The notes beneath the pieces were generated by a model. It searched no databases. It was not told the origin of the DNA and saw only the letters and a list, made by a program, of their open reading frames with translations. DNA of 63,998 nt, counting the filler. It is 5 parts of 5 records of this genome, joined end to end, with 100 filler letters (N's around TTAATTAATTAA, not from the genome) between each part and the next. Parts side by side here need not be neighbours in the genome. Positions count along the whole stretch, not along the records: positions 27,423 to 35,160 come from SRR20825010_1527; positions 35,261 to 43,028 come from SRR20825010_1528; 3 more parts are not named here. One strand, written 5' to 3'. A program made the translations under genes and the position numbers. Of this stretch, positions 28,159-39,856 are shown one piece after another. The stretch's first letter is position 1. The number at the start of each line of letters is the position of its first letter.

Positions 28159-30807
28159 ATGAAAGTCGCTGATATTCGCGAAAAGTTTCTTGATTTCTTT
28201 GCCAGCAAAGGCCACACCATTGTGCCGTCCAGCAGCCTGGTGCCGGGCAACGACCCCACCCTGTTGTTCACCAACAGCGGCATGGTGCAGTTCAAAGACG
28301 TGTTCACCGGCAAAGACAAGCGCCCCTACACCCGTGCCACGTCCAGCCAGCGCTCGGTTCGTGCAGGCGGCAAGCACAACGACCTGGAAAACGTGGGTTA
28401 CACCGCGCGCCACCACACCTTTTTTGAAATGTTGGGCAACTTCAGTTTTGGCGACTATTTCAAAGAGAATGCCATTCAGTACGCTTGGGAGCTGTTAACA
28501 GTTACCTATGGTCTGCCCGCAGAAAAGTTGTACGTGACTGTGTACCAGGAAGACGACGAGGCCTACAACATCTGGAACAAGCAGGTGGGCGTGCCCCCCG
28601 AGCGAATTATCCGCATCGGCGACAACAAGGGTGCGCGTTACGCGTCCGATAACTTCTGGCAAATGGCCGACACCGGCCCCTGTGGCCCCTGTACTGAAAT
28701 TTTTTACGACCACGGCCCGGATGTGTGGGGTGGCCCACCCGGAAGCCCTGAAGAAGACGGCGATCGGTACATTGAAGTGTGGAACCTGGTGTTCATGCAG
28801 TTTGATCGCAGCGCCGATGGTGTGTTGCACCCGTTGCCCAAACCCTGCGTAGACACGGGTATGGGCCTGGAGCGCATTGCAGCCGTGCTGCAGCATGTGC
28901 ACAGCAATTATGAAATTGATTTGTTTCAAGCCTTGATCAAAGCCGCAGCGCGTGAAGTAACCGCCCAGGGCCACCTGGTTGAACTCAGCAACAATTCCTT
29001 GCGCGTGATTGCCGATCACATTCGTGCCTGTTCATTCCTGGTTGTCGATGGTGTTATTCCCGGCAATGAGGGCCGTGGTTACGTGCTGCGCCGTATTATT
29101 CGTCGCGCCATTCGCCACGGCTACAAACTGGGTTGCCGCAAGCCATTCTTCAATGCCATGGTGGGTGATTTGGTGGCTGAAATGGGCGAGGCCTATCCTG
29201 AGCTGGCCAAGGCTGCTGCGCAGGTGCAAAGCATTTTGAAGGCTGAAGAAGAACGCTTCTTCGAGACCATTGAAAACGGCATGGCCATTCTTGATTCCGC
29301 TTTAGGTGCTTTGCAGGAGGGTGGAAATAAGGGCGGCATGCTGGATGGAGACACCGCATTCAAACTGCATGATACCTACGGCTTCCCGCTGGACCTGACC
29401 GCCGATGTGTGTCGCGAACGTGAAATGAGCGTGGATGAAGCCGCGTTTGATGCCGCCATGAACAAGCAAAAGCAACAGGCCCGCGCGGCAGGCAAGTTCA
29501 AGATGGATGCCGACCTTGCCTACAGCGGCGTGTCCACTGAATTCAAGGGCTACGATGCGCTTGACGTGGCCAACGCCACAATTACTGCGATTTATGTGAA
29601 CGGCACTTCGGTGAACAGCATCACCGCCGGTCAACAGGGCGTGGTGGTACTGGACCAAACGCCTTTCTACGCAGAAAGCGGTGGCCAAGTAGGTGATCAG
29701 GGTGAAATTTCAAGCGGCACGGCTTGTTTGAATTTGTTCCGGGTCGAAGACACGCAAAAAATTCAAGCCAATGTGTTTGGCCACCATGGTGAGTTGGTGA
29801 CCGGCGAATTGAAAGTGGGCGATGCCGTGGGCGCACAGGTTGATCAATACCAGCGCAACCGCACCATTCGCAACCACAGCGCCACCCACCTGATGCACAA
29901 GGCCTTGCGCGAAGTGCTGGGCGAACACGTTAGCCAGAAAGGCTCATTGGTCGATGCCGAGAAAACCCGTTTCGACTTTGCGCACCACAGCGCCATGACG
30001 CCCGAGCAACTTGCGCAGGTAGAACGCATTGTGAACGAAGAAATTTTGGCCAATGCTGAAACACAAGCGCGGGTCATGGACATAGAAAGCGCGAAAAGCG
30101 CAGGCGCCATGATGTTGTTTGGTGAAAAGTACGGCGACACCGTGCGCGTGCTCGACATTGGTTCTTCACGCGAATTGTGTGGCGGCACCCATGTGCTGCG
30201 CACCGGCGACATTGGCCTGTTCAAAATTACCAGTGAAAGCGGCGTTGCTGCCGGCATTCGCCGCGTAGAGGCCACCACTGGTTTGGGCGCCATGGAATTT
30301 GCGCAAAAGGCGCAAGCCCAGGTCGATGCCATTGCGCAAAGCCTGCGTGTGCCAGCGGCTGAGGCCACCGCAAAAATTGCTCAAATGATGGACCAGGTGA
30401 AAAATCTGGAAAAAGAACTGGACCGCCTGAAAAGCAAACTGGCTGCCAGCCAGGGCAATGACCTGGCCGAACAAGCCGTGGATGTAGACGGTGTAAAAGT
30501 GCTGGCTGCCAAGCTGGAAGGGGCAGACGTTAAACAGCTCCGCGAGGCGGCAGACAAACTGCGCGACAAACTGGGCAATGCCGCCTTGGTGCTGGCCACC
30601 GTGCTGGAAGGCAAGGTCAGCTTGATTGCATCAGTCAGCAAAGAAGCAACAGCCAAAGTAAAGGCCGGCGACTTGGTGAACTTTGTAGCGCAGCAGGTAG
30701 GTGGCAAGGGCGGTGGCCGCCCCGACATGGCGCAAGCTGGGGGTACTCAGCCTGAACACCTGGATGCTGCGCTTGCCAGCGTTGTAGACTGGATTAAATC
30801 AAAATAA
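28159..30807 (+). CDS. alaS: alanine--tRNA ligase
   Basis: [54 protein letters not shown]. Confidence 0.99.
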   Translation: MKVADIREKFLDFFASKGHTIVPSSSLVPGNDPTLLFTNSGMVQFKDVFTGKDKRPYTRATSSQRSVRAGGKHNDLENVGYTARHHTFFEMLGNFSFGDYFKENAIQYAWELLTVTYGLPAEKLYVTVYQEDDEAYNIWNKQVGVPPERIIRIGDNKGARYASDNFWQMADTGPCGPCTEIFYDHGPDVWGGPPGSPEEDGDRYIEVWNLVFMQFDRSADGVLHPLPKPCVDTGMGLERIAAVLQHVHSNYEIDLFQALIKAAAREVTAQGHLVELSNNSLRVIADHIRACSFLVVDGVIPGNEGRGYVLRRIIRRAIRHGYKLGCRKPFFNAMVGDLVAEMGEAYPELAKAAAQVQSILKAEEERFFETIENGMAILDSALGALQEGGNKGGMLDGDTAFKLHDTYGFPLDLTADVCREREMSVDEAAFDAAMNKQKQQARAAGKFKMDADLAYSGVSTEFKGYDALDVANATITAIYVNGTSVNSITAGQQGVVVLDQTPFYAESGGQVGDQGEISSGTACLNLFRVEDTQKIQANVFGHHGELVTGELKVGDAVGAQVDQYQRNRTIRNHSATHLMHKALREVLGEHVSQKGSLVDAEKTRFDFAHHSAMTPEQLAQVERIVNEEILANAETQARVMDIESAKSAGAMMLFGEKYGDTVRVLDIGSSRELCGGTHVLRTGDIGLFKITSESGVAAGIRRVEATTGLGAMEFAQKAQAQVDAIAQSLRVPAAEATAKIAQMMDQVKNLEKELDRLKSKLAASQGNDLAEQAVDVDGVKVLAAKLEGADVKQLREAADKLRDKLGNAALVLATVLEGKVSLIASVSKEATAKVKAGDLVNFVAQQVGGKGGGRPDMAQAGGTQPEHLDAALASVVDWIKSK

Positions 30808-30827
30808 CAGCAAGGGAGCAAAAAGAC

Positions 30828-31055
30828 ATGAATTTTGACCGTGAAGTCGATGCAAGCGGGTTGAACTGCCCGCTGCCCATTTTGAGAACCAAGAAGGTCC
30901 TGGCTGAAATGCAAAGTGGGCAGGTGCTCAAGGTGACCTCCACCGATCCCGGTTCAGTTCGCGATTTCGCCATGTTTGCCAAGCAAACCGGCAATGAGTT
31001 ACTGGAGCAAGCCGATCAGTCCGGTGCATTCATTTTTTACATGAAGCGCCGCTAA
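30828..31055 (+). CDS. tusA: sulfurtransferase TusA family
   Basis: DASGLNCPLPILRTKK, TDPGS. Confidence 0.93.
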   Translation: MNFDREVDASGLNCPLPILRTKKVLAEMQSGQVLKVTSTDPGSVRDFAMFAKQTGNELLEQADQSGAFIFYMKRR

Positions 31056-31070
31056 AGCGCAGGGGGCTTC

Positions 31071-31724
31071 ATGAGCGTTGTTCTTGGCAAGCCCGATGTG
31101 CCTAAGCATTGGCTGCTCGACGCCAATATTCTGTTCTCGGAATGGACGCGGTGGCTGGCTGTTTCATTGGCCAAGCGACACCAGGCCACCTTGTACTGGA
31201 CCCCTCACATTGAAAATGAGTGTTACCGGAATTTGGTGCGTCTGGGTCGCTTGCACCCTGATGACGCTGCTGTAGAGCGAATAGCCTTGCCCAGGCGAAT
31301 GAATGCGGTCTTGTTACCGCAAGCCCATGAGCCTTACCTGGCTGATGTGCGTTCCGTGGATGAGAAAGACCGCCATGTTGCCGCATCTGCCTTGGCCTTA
31401 AGGCACCAGGTTCAGGAACCCGTCGCCATTTTGACCTGGAACCTGAAAGACTTCCCCAGAAAGCCTTTGCTCAAACTGGGTTTGGTGCGGTTTAGCCCCG
31501 ATGAGTTGTGCCTGGAGTCACTTAAAAAACAGGGGGACGCGTTGGGTTGTCTTGTACAAACTGCTGAGGAAATGAATTCGGCTTTGGCGACCTACACCCC
31601 CATATACCCCACTGCGTATCAATCCAAAGCTGCGCCATTGCCGGTCAGTATCGACGACTGGCTTGCGTTTCTGGCACGTAACAAGATGCATCGCACTGCC
31701 AGAATGTTGTACAAAGAAAATTGA
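31071..31724 (+). CDS. PIN domain protein
   Basis: LLDANIL, W..HIENE, DEKDRHVAASA, TWNLKDFP, SPDE. Confidence 0.85.
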   Translation: MSVVLGKPDVPKHWLLDANILFSEWTRWLAVSLAKRHQATLYWTPHIENECYRNLVRLGRLHPDDAAVERIALPRRMNAVLLPQAHEPYLADVRSVDEKDRHVAASALALRHQVQEPVAILTWNLKDFPRKPLLKLGLVRFSPDELCLESLKKQGDALGCLVQTAEEMNSALATYTPIYPTAYQSKAAPLPVSIDDWLAFLARNKMHRTARMLYKEN

Positions 31725-31794
31725 ATACCCCCATTCTGGTTAGGTATATTGAACCGGGGGGCATTATGATTGTGTTACACGTCATGGAAAAAGT

Positions 31795-32274
31795 ATGCTC
31801 CGGCTAATTTACACTTCTGTTCAATCTTCTGGCTTCGACAAGGCGGCCTTTGAACAATTGTGTGAGCATTCTTCCCGAAACAATCAGGCCTGTGGTGTGG
31901 GTGGTTTGTTGTTGTCCAACGACCTGGAGTTCATGCAATGCCTTGAGGGGCCTTCCGATACAGTGGCTGCCATTTACAAAAAGATTGTTCTGGACCCGCG
32001 CCATTATGATATTCGGCTTTTGGTGTTGGAAACCACCGATTCAATTCTGTTTGAAACCTGGTCAATGTTGGGTTTGGCGCTAAAGCCCCAGTCGGTCTTG
32101 AGCGCTGAGCCAATTGCGTATACGCTTCTGGATCACAGGCTGTATCGGCCTTGGAAGTCCTTGGGTGCCGGTGCAGCTGATTTGATCTATGAGTATGCCA
32201 AAGTCAAAGCCGAGCTCGAGAAGGCTGGTGAAGTGGGTCTTCTAAGCAGGGTATTTGAAGTGTATCAACCTTGA
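31795..32274 (+). CDS. BLUF domain blue-light sensor
   Basis: LIYTS (Tyr), NN...GVGGLL, FMQCLEG (Gln), DPRH, FETWSM. Confidence 0.93.
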   Translation: MLRLIYTSVQSSGFDKAAFEQLCEHSSRNNQACGVGGLLLSNDLEFMQCLEGPSDTVAAIYKKIVLDPRHYDIRLLVLETTDSILFETWSMLGLALKPQSVLSAEPIAYTLLDHRLYRPWKSLGAGAADLIYEYAKVKAELEKAGEVGLLSRVFEVYQP

Positions 32275-32291
32275 TTTGAGCAGGTCGCAGT

Positions 32292-33257
32292 ATGACAATT
32301 CGTTCTTTCCTCCGCACAGTTCCCCTGGTTTTCATTTTTCCCCTCGCAGTTCAGGCCCAAGGTTGGGTCAAGGTGACCCCTTTGGGAGGCCAGGAAGGCG
32401 AGTTTTGCCGCTTTGACCGCGCCTTGATTTTCGAAGACCCCAATGGCACCCGAATTTTGTACGATGCGGGCCGCACTGTGGCTGGTGCCGAAGACCCCCG
32501 TTTGGGAAAAATTGATGTGGTACTGGTTAGCCACATGCACGGCGATCACTTGGGCGACAGGCACAACCCTGCACCCAATGCCGGTAGTTGTGACAAACCC
32601 GATATTTCGGTCAGTGCTTTGCCCAATTCAAGCAGCGTGAACATCGCTGTAAAAACCGGTGCGAAAATTGTCACTGGCAGCGAAATGCCGTCTTTCCTTG
32701 CAAGCAAGTTAAAGCAGGCTGGCGGCGACGAGAAAAATTCTGTGCTGGTGCGTTTCGGTGCCATGCAAACCTTCGGTGGTGTGGGTATTACCACAGTGCC
32801 AGCAGCCCACAGCAATGGTATTTCCGGTGAATTTGTGGGTCAGCGCTTGGGTGATTTGCTGAAGGAAACCGGCATTACAGCTTACGCAGGCCCGGCCACC
32901 GGCTACGTGGTGAAATTCAGCAACGGCTTGGCTGTGTACCTGAGTGGCGACACGGGCATTACCGCTGAGCAGAAAGAAGTGGTGGGCGAATATTACAAGC
33001 CGCAATTGGCAGTGATGAACATTGGCGACACCTTCACCACTGGCCCGCGTGAAGCAGCCCACGTGATCAACAAGCTTGTGAAGCCCAAAGCGGTGATTGC
33101 TTCACATGCCAATGAAGTGGCCACCCAGAACGGCAAGGTTATTGCGGGCACCAAAACCGAGCAGTTCATGAAAGCCAGCAAGGTGCCTGTGTATGTACCC
33201 TTGAGCGGCAAAACCATGAGCTTTGATGGCAAAGGCAAGTGCACAGTGGGTTGCTGA
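32292..33257 (+). CDS. secreted metallo-beta-lactamase-fold hydrolase
   Basis: Signal peptide ending AQA; SHMHGDH, AAHSNG, SGDTG, ASH. Confidence 0.88.
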   Translation: MTIRSFLRTVPLVFIFPLAVQAQGWVKVTPLGGQEGEFCRFDRALIFEDPNGTRILYDAGRTVAGAEDPRLGKIDVVLVSHMHGDHLGDRHNPAPNAGSCDKPDISVSALPNSSSVNIAVKTGAKIVTGSEMPSFLASKLKQAGGDEKNSVLVRFGAMQTFGGVGITTVPAAHSNGISGEFVGQRLGDLLKETGITAYAGPATGYVVKFSNGLAVYLSGDTGITAEQKEVVGEYYKPQLAVMNIGDTFTTGPREAAHVINKLVKPKAVIASHANEVATQNGKVIAGTKTEQFMKASKVPVYVPLSGKTMSFDGKGKCTVGC

Positions 33258-33275
33258 CTTATCAAGTCAGCTTGC

Positions 33276-35160
33276 TTAGTTTAGTTTGCTGATTTGGCTT
33301 TCCAGCTTTTCCAGCAGCGCGCTGAACTCAAGCAGTCGTGCTTTTTCCTGATCCACCACAGCAGCCGGTGCACGGTCTACAAAGCTGGCATTGCCCAGTT
33401 TGCCGTTGCACTTGGCAATTTCAATGCGAATTTTTTCCGCTTCCTTGCCAATGCGGGCACGCTCGGCTTCCACATCAATTTCAATGTGCAGCATCAACTT
33501 CAATTCGCCCACAATTTGCACGGGCGCCATGGAATCGGCGGGCAATGTATCGACCACATCGACCTTGCTCAGCTTGGCCAGTGCAGCCAGCACCGGACCG
33601 GTTTTTTCAAGGAATGCGCGTTGTTCGGCATTGCCTTCACAACTGGCAATCAAGGGTGCCTTTTCGGCCGGGCTTAGGCCCATTTTGCCGCGCAGGGCAC
33701 GAATGGCATCCACGGTGGCTTTCAGTTGGGCAACATAGGCTTCCGCTTTCTCATCGATACGGCTTGGCACGCTGACCGGGTAGGCCTGTGTCATCAGGCT
33801 GGCTTGCTCGCCTTCTTCGCGGCGGCCTGCCACCACGCTGACGGTTTGCCACAATTCTTCAGTAATGAACGGAATAATGGGGTGGGCCAAACGCAAAACA
33901 GTTTCCAGCACGCGCACCAGTGTGCGGCGGGTGGCGCGTTGCTGCGCGGGTGTGCCGTTGGCAATTTGCACCTTGGCAATTTCAAGGTACCAGTCGCAGT
34001 ATTCGTCCCATACAAATTGGTAAATGCTTTGCGCAATCAGGTCGAACCGGTAGTTCTCAAATCCCTGTGCCACATCTGCTTCCACGCGTTGCAGTTGGCT
34101 TACGATCCAGCGGTCGGCCTGTGAAAAATCAAGGTAGCCGCCGGGCGTGCAGGCGCTTGCATCGTGGTCACTCAAACCACAATCTTGCCCTTCGGTGTTC
34201 ATCAACACAAAACGGGTGGCGTTCCACAGCTTGTTGCAGAAGTTGCGGTAACCGTCGCAGCGCTTCTGGTCAAAGTTGATGTTTCGGCCCAAGGTAGCCA
34301 GGCTTGCGAAGGTGAAGCGCAGCGCGTCTGCACCGTAAGCGGGAATACCTTCCGGAAATTCCTTGCGGGTTTTTTTCTCGATCTTCGGTGCGTCTTGCGG
34401 CTTGCTCAGGCCCGTGGTGCGTTTCACCAGCAGGGTGTCCAGGCTACAACCATCAATCAAATCGACTGGGTCAAGCGTGTTGCCCACCGACTTGCTCATT
34501 TTCTTGCCTTCCGCGTCGCGCACCAAACCATGCACATACACGGTGTGGAAGGGCACCTGGCCGGTGAAATGGGTCGTCATCATGATCATTCGGGCAACCC
34601 AAAAGAAAATGATGTCAAAGCCGGTTACCAACACGGAGGAGGGCAGGAAGTGCTTTAACTCGGGTGTTTCGTCGGGCCAGCCCAAGGTGGAAAAGGGCAC
34701 AAGCGCGGAACTGAACCACGTGTCGAGCACATCGTCGTCGCGCTTCAACGCCCCTGTATAACCAGCTTGATCTGCTTTGCTACGCGCATCTTCTTCAGTG
34801 CGTGCCACAAACACTTCGCCGTTCTCGCCGTACCAGGCCGGGATTTGGTGGCCCCACCACAGCTGGCGGGAAATACACCAGTCCTGAATGTTGTTCAGCC
34901 ACTGGTTGTAGGTGTTCACCCATTGTTCGGGCACAAACTTTACCTGGCCTTGTTCAACCACGTCGATGGCTTTTTGGGTAATGCTTTTTCCTGTGGCGTC
35001 GCCTTCAGCGGCTTTGGTCATGGCCACAAACCACTGGTCGGTCAGCATGGGTTCAATTACCACGCCGGTGCGGTCGCCTTTGGGCACCATCAGCTTGTGC
35101 GGCTTGATTTCACCTAGCAGGCCTTGTTCTTCCAGGTCGGCCACAATTTGTTTGCGGGCC
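33276..35160 (-). CDS. valS: valine--tRNA ligase, 5' truncated
   Basis: [18 protein letters not shown]-terminal coiled coil. Confidence 0.99.
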
Positions 35161-35260
35161 NNNNNNNNNNNNNNNNNNNNNNNNNNNNNNNNNNNNNNNN
35201 NNNNTTAATTAATTAANNNNNNNNNNNNNNNNNNNNNNNNNNNNNNNNNNNNNNNNNNNN
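35161..35260. other. artificial contig linker
   Basis: N44-TTAATTAATTAA-N44. Confidence 0.99.
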
Positions 35261-35448
35261 CCGAGAGTTGTTTCCATGCCGTACATGACCATGCCGAGCG
35301 AGTCGCCGACGAGGATCACATCGACATAAGGGTCGATAAAGCGGGCTGTATGGGCGTGATAGCCTGTGAGGCAGACAACCGGCTCGCCCCCCTTGCGGGC
35401 ACGAATTTCGGGCACGGTGATGCGCTTGATTTTCGACTGAACGGACAT
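35261..35448 (-). CDS. panB: 3-methyl-2-oxobutanoate hydroxymethyltransferase, 3' truncated
   Basis: [19 protein letters not shown]. Confidence 0.95.
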
Positions 35449-35650
35449 CGGATCATCCTTACTCGCTTGCGGCGTCATCCATACATGGTGATGACGCGGG
35501 GATTAGCAATCGCGGCCGGATGCCGCGGCGAAAAGGCTTTGTGTATCAAAACCTTAGATGCCTCCCGGCACCTTCCCTGATCCTTATGAAGTGGACTTTA
35601 CCCGATGGGCCCCTGAAGCGCAAACCTGCGCAAATGCTACGGACGCAAGA

Positions 35651-36473
35651 CTACACCTCCGATGCACCATCCGCAGGCAAACCGATAATCTCGCGATAGG
35701 CCACAGAAAGCAGCGTGATTTGGGTCATGAGGAAAAAGAAATAGAAGATCACATAGGACACGCCGACAATCGCCACGCCGACCAAAGACAATCCCGCGGA
35801 GAAAACCGCATAGCTGACTGCGGCCCAGACAATAATGCCGATCAACATAACGAGCGCGATGAGAGCCAAGGCACCGGCCAACGCCCAGGTGTTTCCCGCA
35901 CTGCCACCAAATAATTCGAACACTTTACCAGCGCCACCGACAGCCGCGTCAGGCAATGCCAGCGACAGGCGCAAAAACAGTCCCATTGCCCAAAAATAGC
36001 CAACAAAGCCAACAAGCGAGACCACAAGCGCGGCTACAGAATTTCCACCGAGCTTTTGAAGAATAAAGTAAAGGCCAGTCATAACACCGATCATGACGAC
36101 TAAGGCGAGCACTCCGATTAGTGTGATTTTTAGCAAATTCCAGAGGTATTTTCTATCCTCTCTGCGTATCGGCTGCACGCGCCCGACAGAACCACCAGCC
36201 CCTTCACCGAGCAGCCAAAACGAACCCGCTGGCACCGGCTGTCATTTTTTGTTCGACCTCTGCCAAGGCGTCAGGACCAATCTTATCCAATCCGCTTGTC
36301 ATCAATTCGATATAACCTGAATTGTGGTACATCCAGCCCATGAACGCATAAGCCAGAACAATGAAAAGAACAGCGGGCCATGCTGCCAGCAGCAGCTGAA
36401 AATAGTGCCGCGTAACGCCCGAAAGCACTTCACTGGCGACTGCAGTCGCACTGATTTTCTTTACATTGTCCAT
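35651..36473 (-). pseudogene. frameshifted membrane protein, paralog of 36537-37373
   Basis: Two overlapping ORFs (36204-36473, 35651-36235) together match the neighbour (RLSLALP, GNTW, AYREIIG); break near 36215. Confidence 0.65.
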
Positions 36474-36536
36474 CGATCTTCCTCTATTTGCCGAAGCAGA
36501 GCCTAGAGGCGATTCACGGACCCGGTCAATGCCAGA

Positions 36537-37373
36537 TTAAACCGTATCCTGACGGTCAATGTCGGCGCCCATAGCTCCGGGCGGGCCAATCAACTCGCGA
36601 TATGCAATGGCAAGAACGGCCACATTCACAATCGCTATGAATATCGACAAGAGCGATGTGACTCCAAGCGCGATCACCACAGGAACACCCGCACTCAGAA
36701 ACAATGAGAGAAGCAGCACATACGCCACAAGCAAAGGCAGGCTCGACAAAATGAACAGCGCAAAGATGCGCCAGAAATTTCCGCGCGTGCGCTCCAGCAC
36801 GAGACGGATATTGAGTGGCTCATCAATGGAAACGGCAGGCAAAAGAAGCGACAACCGCACAAGAAAATACAGACCGACAAAAGATAAAAGAATGCCGAAA
36901 AAGCTGATCAAAGTGCCCGTCGAACCGGCCCCAGCCAGAAAGGCCGATACGGCTCCAGATACTGGAAGCTCTGGTGGCCCTGCGAACATGAAGACGGGCA
37001 CAGCCAGCAAAATCAGTGAGAGCGATACAAACAAATATCGCGCCTCACGCCGACCAAAATTAATCCGAACATCATGGCCGGTCGCATCGCCGAGCAGGAT
37101 AAAGCGATACCAGGCAACGGAGATGACTGCCCAAAGAGCGAAATTCGCCAGCTCCATGGCGAGGCGCAATATGACGCCAGTCGTATCCGGCAACATCGCG
37201 CCGATGATATTCAAGACGAGATAGAGCACCACAGGGAGCCAGATCAGGCGCAGCATTTCACCCAGATTGTTCCATGCACCGGAATAAGCTTCGCGTGTCG
37301 CAGCCAGAACATCGAGCTGTTTGGGACGAAATTCATTATGCATATCGCCGAAAGGACCACGCATATCGCTCAT
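36537..37373 (-). CDS. hypothetical integral membrane protein
   Basis: VAWYRFILLG, RLSLLLPA, TRGNFWR, AYREL; multiple TM. Confidence 0.8.
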   Translation of the reverse strand: MSDMRGPFGDMHNEFRPKQLDVLAATREAYSGAWNNLGEMLRLIWLPVVLYLVLNIIGAMLPDTTGVILRLAMELANFALWAVISVAWYRFILLGDATGHDVRINFGRREARYLFVSLSLILLAVPVFMFAGPPELPVSGAVSAFLAGAGSTGTLISFFGILLSFVGLYFLVRLSLLLPAVSIDEPLNIRLVLERTRGNFWRIFALFILSSLPLLVAYVLLLSLFLSAGVPVVIALGVTSLLSIFIAIVNVAVLAIAYRELIGPPGAMGADIDRQDTV

Positions 37374-37939
37374 GGCTGTTCCCCCGCACCGTCTTGAGCC
37401 AGCTTTTCATCAAGCTGAAGAATGCTGTTTTGAAAATCAGTATTATCAGGCGCTAGCTTCAATGCCTGCATGTAGTCCTTACGCGCATTCCGCGGCTGAC
37501 CGGCAGCTTCCAACACAGCGCCGCGCGCATAGAAAGACGCGGCACGCTCGCCATCCAGCGCTACCGCCTTGTTAGCGTCCTCATAGGCGTTTTTTAGTTC
37601 GCCGAGATCACGCCGGGCATTAGCGCGATTAGCATAGATCATTGCGTCATTGGGGGCATGGTTGAGCGCTGCCGAATAGTCAGAAATCGCACGCTTATAT
37701 TTACCCAGCGCGCGAAAGGCGACGCCGCGATTGATCAGCGCCCCGACCAGCTCGTCCTTGTCCAGCTCACCCGATGTGATTGCAGCAGTACAAAACTCTA
37801 AAGCCTTTTCCATATTGCCGGTGCGGAACTGGTCATAACAATTGTTGCTGGCCTCAATTCCCGCGCTCACATCGGCTAAAGCCGGAGATACCCCCAACCC
37901 ACAAACCACTAAAGCCCTTAAAACCGTTCTCAGCATCAT
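37370..37939 (-). CDS. exported TPR repeat protein
   Basis: Signal peptide; ALINRG, IYANRA, FYARG TPR units. Confidence 0.9.
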   Translation of the reverse strand: MMLRTVLRALVVCGLGVSPALADVSAGIEASNNCYDQFRTGNMEKALEFCTAAITSGELDKDELVGALINRGVAFRALGKYKRAISDYSAALNHAPNDAMIYANRANARRDLGELKNAYEDANKAVALDGERAASFYARGAVLEAAGQPRNARKDYMQALKLAPDNTDFQNSILQLDEKLAQDGAGEQP

Positions 37940-38025
37940 TCCGCACTCCTGCACCGTTCACGCGACACACTAACCCTTATCGCGCTCATAAGGAACGACA
38001 AGAGCAATGCGTGCGCAAATGACGC

Positions 38026-38430
38026 CTATGCGGAGAATGCGGCCACGGCCTCTGCTGTGCTCATGAAGTCACGAAACTTTAGCCAGCGCCGGTCTTTCAT
38101 GGTGATGACATGCACAAAATCGGAATCAATGATCCGACCGGTCGAAATGGCTTTCAGGTTCAGATGCCCTGTCACAACCACCTTGTCACCCGTGCCGAAT
38201 ATATCTTCGACATCGAACTGGTTGATTTCAACCGATGACAGCACTGTCTGGAAGAATCGTTCTGCCTGTTCCATCCCGTCATACATGCCCGCATAGGGAA
38301 TGACCGATGGACCATAAAACTCGATCCTGATGGCCGGATCGAGATAGGTCAGGATCTTTGGTATGTCCTTGGCTCCGAATGCTTCGAACAGATTTTGAGT
38401 CGCAAGGATATTTTCTTCAACTATAGACAT
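38026..38430 (-). CDS. SnoaL/NTF2-like domain protein
   Basis: FEAFGAKDI, PYAGMYDG, GDKVVV, TGR..DSDFVHV; TAATG overlap with the P450 stop. Confidence 0.88.
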   Translation of the reverse strand: MSIVEENILATQNLFEAFGAKDIPKILTYLDPAIRIEFYGPSVIPYAGMYDGMEQAERFFQTVLSSVEINQFDVEDIFGTGDKVVVTGHLNLKAISTGRIIDSDFVHVITMKDRRWLKFRDFMSTAEAVAAFSA

Positions 38431-39698
38431 TACGCCCCTCCGGCTTTTTGACGTTGAAAATCGATCACCAGACGGTCAAGTCCATGATTGAGAAGACTTG
38501 CCCTTTGCGGCACAGGCACTTCGGCCAACGCGATTTGTGCCCACTGGTCCAGCACCACATCCACCAAAGCCTGTGCTTCCATGCGGGCAAGTGCCGATCC
38601 TAGGCAATGATGAATACCCACGCCGAATGTCAGTTGTTTGTTAAGATTGGTCCGGTCGATATTGAAAGTCTCCGGCTCTGGAAACATGGCCGGATCGTGA
38701 TTTGCGGCGGCAAAGAACAGTGCCACCCAATCACCCTTGGAAATTAGCTTTCCACCGATTTCCACATCTTCCTCGGCAATGCGGAACAAGCGTTGCGGCG
38801 GCCCACTATGTCGCAAACTTTCATCGATAAAACGCGGGATCAAGCTCCGGTCTGTCGCCAGTCTTGCGCGTGTTTCCGGCATGGTGGCCAGATTGTGCAG
38901 CAAGTTACCTAACAGAAAAGTCGTCGTCTCCGCACCAGCGACTACCAACGTTATGCAGAAGCGGATTACTTCTTCTAGTGTCAGCTTTCCCTCTTCGGTC
39001 TCAGCTTGCAACAGAGCTGCAATCAAGCCGTCCTTAACGACAGCACCGCGCTGCAGAGCGGCTTCGAGCAAAACCACCGTCTGCTGAAAATAGCCTGCCA
39101 TATCGACATTGCTTTTCTCGCGTTCGTCGGGGCTAAGATCTGCCGACAACATGAAGGCCGTGCCCCAGCGACGAAAGCGGTCAAACACATCATCATCCAG
39201 CCCGAGCAATCGTGCCATCACGCAAGCAGGGATGACTGAGGACAAAGCGCTCATCGCCTCGACTTTCCCCTCGGGTAGCCTGGTCACCAGATCAGCCACA
39301 ATCTCGCGCACCCATGGCGCCATCCCCTCCACTCGTGAACGCGAGAAAGCAAGATTGACGATCTTGCGCAACCGGTCATGTTCGGGATTGTCGTGATTGA
39401 CCAGCATCAGGGTCGGGGCCGATGACTGTTCCTGCAGCGGATCGCGTGAGGAGAAAACTCTATGATCGCGAGCGGCTTTCGACACATGCTCATAGTCCAG
39501 CAAGACCCAGGCTGACACAGGTTCATCATGACCGGGAATTGTGCCTGGCGGATAGTCGCGATAGCCCGCACACGGCGCATGCGGCCGCAGCGCTGCATAT
39601 AACGCATAAGGCGAGGCAATCGTATCGCCTTGCGGCAACGCGGCGACCAGCGTCGCAACATCACCTTCGGCAACGCCCTTCATTTGTGTTGTAGGCAT
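38430..39698 (-). CDS. cytochrome P450
   Basis: [16 protein letters not shown]-helix, [14 protein letters not shown] heme motif. Confidence 0.96.
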   Translation of the reverse strand: MPTTQMKGVAEGDVATLVAALPQGDTIASPYALYAALRPHAPCAGYRDYPPGTIPGHDEPVSAWVLLDYEHVSKAARDHRVFSSRDPLQEQSSAPTLMLVNHDNPEHDRLRKIVNLAFSRSRVEGMAPWVREIVADLVTRLPEGKVEAMSALSSVIPACVMARLLGLDDDVFDRFRRWGTAFMLSADLSPDEREKSNVDMAGYFQQTVVLLEAALQRGAVVKDGLIAALLQAETEEGKLTLEEVIRFCITLVVAGAETTTFLLGNLLHNLATMPETRARLATDRSLIPRFIDESLRHSGPPQRLFRIAEEDVEIGGKLISKGDWVALFFAAANHDPAMFPEPETFNIDRTNLNKQLTFGVGIHHCLGSALARMEAQALVDVVLDQWAQIALAEVPVPQRASLLNHGLDRLVIDFQRQKAGGA

Positions 39699-39747
39699 AT
39701 CGTCCTCCCGAAAATAGCCGACTGTTTTTAATTCTCAACATAAACTA

Positions 39748-39760
39748 TTTACTTTGTAAA
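39748..39760. promoter_or_regulatory. candidate MarR operator
   Basis: TTTAC-TTT-GTAAA palindrome in the AT-rich P450/MarR divergent gap. Confidence 0.45.
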
Positions 39761-39856
39761 CAATTAATCATGCACCGCGGGCCTGCCTTTCCGTTAGACT
39801 GATCAATGATTCATTGCCTCCGACCCGGCAACGCCATTCAAGAAAGAGCAGAAAAC

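Noticed and set aside
32292-33257. Metallo-beta-lactamase resistance gene
   Set aside because: Only the generic HxHxDH fold motif; not recognisable as a class B beta-lactamase
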